A stretch of DNA of 64,000 nt from Rickettsiales bacterium (GTDB lineage: Bacteria; Pseudomonadota; Alphaproteobacteria; Rickettsiales; UBA998). The translations under genes and the position numbers were made by a program. Where the stretch lies: assembly GCA_041749475.1 (NCBI GenBank), contig JBGTBD010000027.1, forward strand, positions 33,907 through 97,906, in the 5' to 3' direction. Under the pieces are notes generated by a model. The model saw only the letters and a program-made list of their open reading frames with translations. It was not told the origin of the DNA and did no database searches. This document shows positions 60,777 to 64,000 of this stretch, in pieces. The number at the start of each line of letters is the position of its first letter. Positions within the stretch are counted from its first letter, which is position 1.

Positions 60777-61574
60777 CTACCGGGTGATTTGTTTATCGAT
60801 GTTGAAATGGATGGCAGGGTCGAGGTAGGAGTTCAGGCGATCCTGCATGTAGCGCGGCCCTTTTTTCTCGGCGAGCATGACCAGCCCTTCGACGACCATG
60901 TAATTCCTGAACCGCTCGATCTCCATCTTCTGCTGCAGCATACTGGCCGCAGGCATGAACAGGAACCGCGCGGAGACGATCCCGTAAAGCGTCGCAACGA
61001 GCGCGAGCGACATCCCCACCCCGATACTGGCGATGTCGCTACTGAAATTCTGCAGCATCACGATCATCCCGACAAGCGTCCCGATCATCCCGAACGCCGG
61101 ACCTGTCCCTGCCATGCTTTTAAGCACGTGCACGGGAACCATCTTGCGCTCGAACTCGGCTTCAATGGCCGTATGCATCATCTCCTTCAATTCTTCTGCC
61201 TTATGCCCAGAGGTAACGAGCATGGTACAGAAGCTAATCAAAGGATCGTCCTTCTTCATGGATTTGAGCTCGTTCTCCAGCCCCGGCAGACCTTTCTGCT
61301 GGACGAGATAGGCCCATTTGATGAGCCGCATGATCTCCATATTAAGACCTTCGCGGCTGGAATTGGGTTTCTTGAACATCCACATGATCGCTTTGAAGGC
61401 GATGTTCACATAGCGCGCCTGATAGCTCATATAGGCGGTGGCGATCGTCCCGCCGATGACGATGAAGAATGCGTGCAGCTCGAAGAAGGAATGAAAATTC
61501 TTCGTACTCATAACGATGGAGCCGATGAACAGCGCCAACCCTGCAAGGAAGCCTAGAAGTGACGGAAATGACAT
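60777..61574 (-). CDS. motA: MotA/PomA-like proton-channel stator protein
   Basis: The 265-aa, 4-TM protein has a C-terminal MotA/TolQ/ExbB channel motif (GTGPAFGMIGTLVGMI...SLALVATLYGI). Confidence 0.75.
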   Translation of the reverse strand: MSFPSLLGFLAGLALFIGSIVMSTKNFHSFFELHAFFIVIGGTIATAYMSYQARYVNIAFKAIMWMFKKPNSSREGLNMEIMRLIKWAYLVQQKGLPGLENELKSMKKDDPLISFCTMLVTSGHKAEELKEMMHTAIEAEFERKMVPVHVLKSMAGTGPAFGMIGTLVGMIVMLQNFSSDIASIGVGMSLALVATLYGIVSARFLFMPAASMLQQKMEIERFRNYMVVEGLVMLAEKKGPRYMQDRLNSYLDPAIHFNIDKQITR

Positions 61575-61681
61575 GTTTTTCCTACCTAGATAAAATGTAT
61601 CACAACATATACTAATATTTTGATAAAATTAAAAAACCGTCAATTGCGCATCTCTGAGTGCAGTGCTAGCATGTTTTACCT

Positions 61682-62425
61682 ATGCCGCATTCCTCATCCC
61701 TCCCCGTCATCGGGTTCTCCCTCGACTATGAAACCTCCGGTGGCTACTCGAAATTCCCGTGGTACGCGATCCGTGAGAATTACCTCTCCTCCGTCTGGGA
61801 TCAAGGCGCACTGCCCTTGCCGCTGCCTCACTTCGTCGGCGCGGCACAGAAATATCTCGATATGCTGGACGGTCTCGTAATCACCGGCGGCGCGTTCGAC
61901 ATCCCTCCGTCCCTTTATGGCGAGAGTGGCATTCATGAGACAGTCAGCCTCAAAGAAAACCGAACCCAGTTCGAATGGGCCATCACTAAAGGAGCGATTG
62001 ACCGCAAGATTCCGATACTCGGCATCTGCGGTGGCGAGCAATTATTGAACGTCGTCCTCGGCGGCACATTAATCCAGCACATCCCCGACGCGGTGAAGAG
62101 CGATATCCCGCACGAACAACCCAACCCGCGCACCGAACCGGGGCATGATGTTTTCATTCGCGAGGACACACTATTACACCGGATAGTGGGTAAGAAAAAA
62201 ATCGCCGTGAACTCCGCGCACCATCAGGCCATCGCCACACCCGGCCCCGACGTCGTAATCAATGCCGATGCACCGGACGGCGTCATCGAGGGGATCGAAT
62301 ACCCCGCTCACCCTTTCTGCCTCGGCGTGCAATGGCATCCCGAATATCACGTCACCCCGGCCGATACCGACATCTTCACCGCGTTCGTCGCTGCATGTAC
62401 GCACTATAAGGAACAACGCGCATGA
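61682..62425 (+). CDS. class I glutamine amidotransferase, peptidase C26 / gamma-glutamyl-GABA hydrolase-like
   Basis: The nucleophile elbow reads ILGICGGEQLLN. It also has NSAHHQA and the GVQWHPE catalytic His/Glu region. Confidence 0.8.
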   Translation: MPHSSSLPVIGFSLDYETSGGYSKFPWYAIRENYLSSVWDQGALPLPLPHFVGAAQKYLDMLDGLVITGGAFDIPPSLYGESGIHETVSLKENRTQFEWAITKGAIDRKIPILGICGGEQLLNVVLGGTLIQHIPDAVKSDIPHEQPNPRTEPGHDVFIREDTLLHRIVGKKKIAVNSAHHQAIATPGPDVVINADAPDGVIEGIEYPAHPFCLGVQWHPEYHVTPADTDIFTAFVAACTHYKEQRA

Positions 62426-63207
62426 CGGAGAAGACTCCCCCCAAAGGCGAACGCATCGCCAAGGTATTGGCCCATGCCGGTATCGCTTCCCGGCGGGATG
62501 CGGAAGTCATCATCGCCGATGGCCGCGTCACCATAAACGGCGAGAAGATCGACTCGCCTGTCCATTTCGTCCAGCCGGGTGACGTCGTCACTGTCGACGG
62601 CAAAGCCATCGGCGCGGAAGAACCCACCCGCATGTGGTTGTTCCATAAGCCCGCCGGTTGCCTCACCACCACGCGCGACCCCAAGGGCCGCCCTACCGTG
62701 TTCGATAAATTACCGAAGAACCTCCCCCGCGTCGTCACCGTCGGCCGTCTCGATTATAACAGCGAAGGGCTGTTGTTGTTGACCAATGACGGCGGCCTGT
62801 CGCGTTATTTAACATTACGCGAGACTGCATGGATTCGCCGCTACCGCGTCCGCGTCTACGGCAAGGCAACCGAGAAAGATCTCGATAAATTGCGAAAAGG
62901 CTTCACGCATGAGGGCATCAAATACCTGCCCATCGAAGTGACCATCGATACCGAACGCGCCAGCACCCAGTGGCTGACCTTCTCCTTACGCGAAGGCAAG
63001 AACCGCGAAATCAGGAAATTATGCGAAGCGCTGGGCATGCAGGTCACGCGCCTGATCCGTGTCTCCTTCGGCCCCTTCCAACTTGGCAAACTCGAAAAGG
63101 GCGAGGTGGCAGAATTGACGGGGAAAATCCTGCGCGAGCAACTCACCACCTATTTCAAAGACCACCCGGAGCGGGAGAGGAAACATGCAACGCATCATCG
63201 CCGGTAG
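62422..63207 (+). CDS. rRNA pseudouridine synthase (RsuA/RluB family) with S4 domain
   Basis: It has an S4 domain (ERIAKVLAHAGIASRRDAEVIIADGRVTING) and the catalytic GRLDYNSEGLLLLTNDG. Confidence 0.85.
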   Translation: MTEKTPPKGERIAKVLAHAGIASRRDAEVIIADGRVTINGEKIDSPVHFVQPGDVVTVDGKAIGAEEPTRMWLFHKPAGCLTTTRDPKGRPTVFDKLPKNLPRVVTVGRLDYNSEGLLLLTNDGGLSRYLTLRETAWIRRYRVRVYGKATEKDLDKLRKGFTHEGIKYLPIEVTIDTERASTQWLTFSLREGKNREIRKLCEALGMQVTRLIRVSFGPFQLGKLEKGEVAELTGKILREQLTTYFKDHPERERKHATHHRR

Positions 63208-63754
63208 CCTGCGCGGTCGCAGCCTATTTTCATTCGAGGGCAAGGATATCCGCCCCACATCCGCGCGCGTGCGCGAATCCATTTTCAATATATTGATGCA
63301 CCGCTTTACCGATAGCGGTGAGCCCTACATCGTTGATCAGCATGTCGCCGATATCTGCTGCGGCAGTGGCGCGATGGGTTTGGAAGCCATCTCCCGCGGC
63401 GCAGAGAGTTGCCTCTTCGTTGACATCGCTCATGCGTCGCTCGACTTGGTGCGCAAGAACGCGCAAAAACTCGGCGTCCTCGACCAATGCGATTTCCTCC
63501 TCGCCGACAGCCGCGCCCTCCCCACACCGCCGCATGCCTGCCGCACCATGCTGATCGACCCGCCTTATAAAAAGAATCTCCTGAAACCTATCCTCGCGAG
63601 TTTAGAACAGAAAAAATGGTGTCTGCCCGAATCCCTCATCGTCGTCGAACACGCCAAAACCGAACCCGGCCCGGAGAGCGATTTTTTCATTGAGCTGGAA
63701 ACGCGGAAGTACGGGATTAGCAGTGTGACATTGCTTACGCCACCCATCGAGTAA
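63185..63754 (+). CDS. rsmD: 16S rRNA (guanine966-N2)-methyltransferase
   Basis: It reads MQRIIAGSLRGRSL...RPTSARVRESIFNIL..., with CCGSGAMGLEAISRG and DPPY. Confidence 0.85.
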   Translation: MQRIIAGSLRGRSLFSFEGKDIRPTSARVRESIFNILMHRFTDSGEPYIVDQHVADICCGSGAMGLEAISRGAESCLFVDIAHASLDLVRKNAQKLGVLDQCDFLLADSRALPTPPHACRTMLIDPPYKKNLLKPILASLEQKKWCLPESLIVVEHAKTEPGPESDFFIELETRKYGISSVTLLTPPIE

Positions 63755-63759
63755 ACACC

Positions 63760-63866
63760 TCACTCGTCATTCCCCGAATTCGCACCGCGAATTATAGGGG
63801 AATCCAGTGCCTGTAGTACGGCTGGATGGCCCTATAGCTGCTACGCACCTCGGGCCATGACGAACT
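63760..63866. repeat. nested palindromic intergenic element, copy B
   Basis: The outer inverted repeat is tcgtcat (63764-63770) / atgacga (63857-63863). The inner hairpin is attcccc-gaattcgc ... gcgaatt-ata-ggggaat. It shares the GTCATTC terminus and central TATAGGGG with copy A. Confidence 0.5.
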
Positions 63867-63883
63867 TGCTTTTAGCAAAATGA

Positions 63884-64000
63884 TTAGATGGTTGCTAAAT
63901 ATTCTAACCTTTCTTTGATTATTTTCTCAAGCATGGCTTCTGCTTGTTCACACTCTTTCGCCAGCTTGAGGTTAGGCAGTGGGTCTGCCCATAGCAATTT
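63884..64000 (-). CDS. 3' end of an unidentified gene running into the window edge
   Basis: The minus-strand frame is open from 64000 to the TAA at 63886-63884. It encodes ...KLLWADPLPNLKLAKECEQAEAMLEKIIKERLEYLATI and is AT-rich. Too little sequence is present to name a family. Confidence 0.3.
   Translation of the reverse strand, partial: KLLWADPLPNLKLAKECEQAEAMLEKIIKERLEYLATI

Noticed and set aside
60100-61574. MotA/MotB pair as a Zorya-type anti-phage system.
   Set aside because: ZorA proteins are much longer, with a long C-terminal tail. Zorya also needs ZorC/ZorD or ZorE-like genes, and none are adjacent. The MotA here is an ordinary 265 aa.

Overview
This is a 64-kb chromosomal window that is almost fully coding. 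It reads like a core-genome stretch of an alphaproteobacterium: a circularly permuted two-piece ssrA, an alpha-type sspB, hflK-hflC-degP, a pmbA-msbA-DUF374-waaA-lpxK operon, glnD, an ilv/leu cluster, and thyX rather than thyA. I recognise about 55 protein genes and one tmRNA. I found no tRNA, rRNA, CRISPR array, transposase or integrase. Four things sit on top of the housekeeping backbone. (i) A type I secretion locus has an RTX/beta-roll substrate in rsaA-rsaD-rsaE-like order, and two more RTX-motif proteins lie elsewhere. (ii) About nine orphan ORFs have no motif I can name. Several are visibly AT-richer than their neighbours and are wedged into otherwise conserved gene neighbourhoods: between ilvB and ilvN, on both sides of thyX, on both sides of mreB, after mlaA-mlaC, and between miaA and ilvB. 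(iii) A ~430-bp cassette between leuA and ilvC carries a four-helix-bundle (23S-IVS/Avd-like) gene and is bounded by 13-bp terminal inverted repeats and TAGGGTR heptad arrays. (iv) A tmRNA with a duplicated ANDN tag module and a non-canonical T-loop sits directly upstream of sspB. The most system-like novelty candidates are the two divergent kinase-like paralogs bracketing thyX and the ssrA/sspB module. Neither can be proven from sequence alone. All family assignments come from motif recognition by eye, not from database searches. Many track ORF starts use alternative start codons or internal Met residues, and I re-set them where an ATG plus a Shine-Dalgarno sequence or family N-terminus made this possible.
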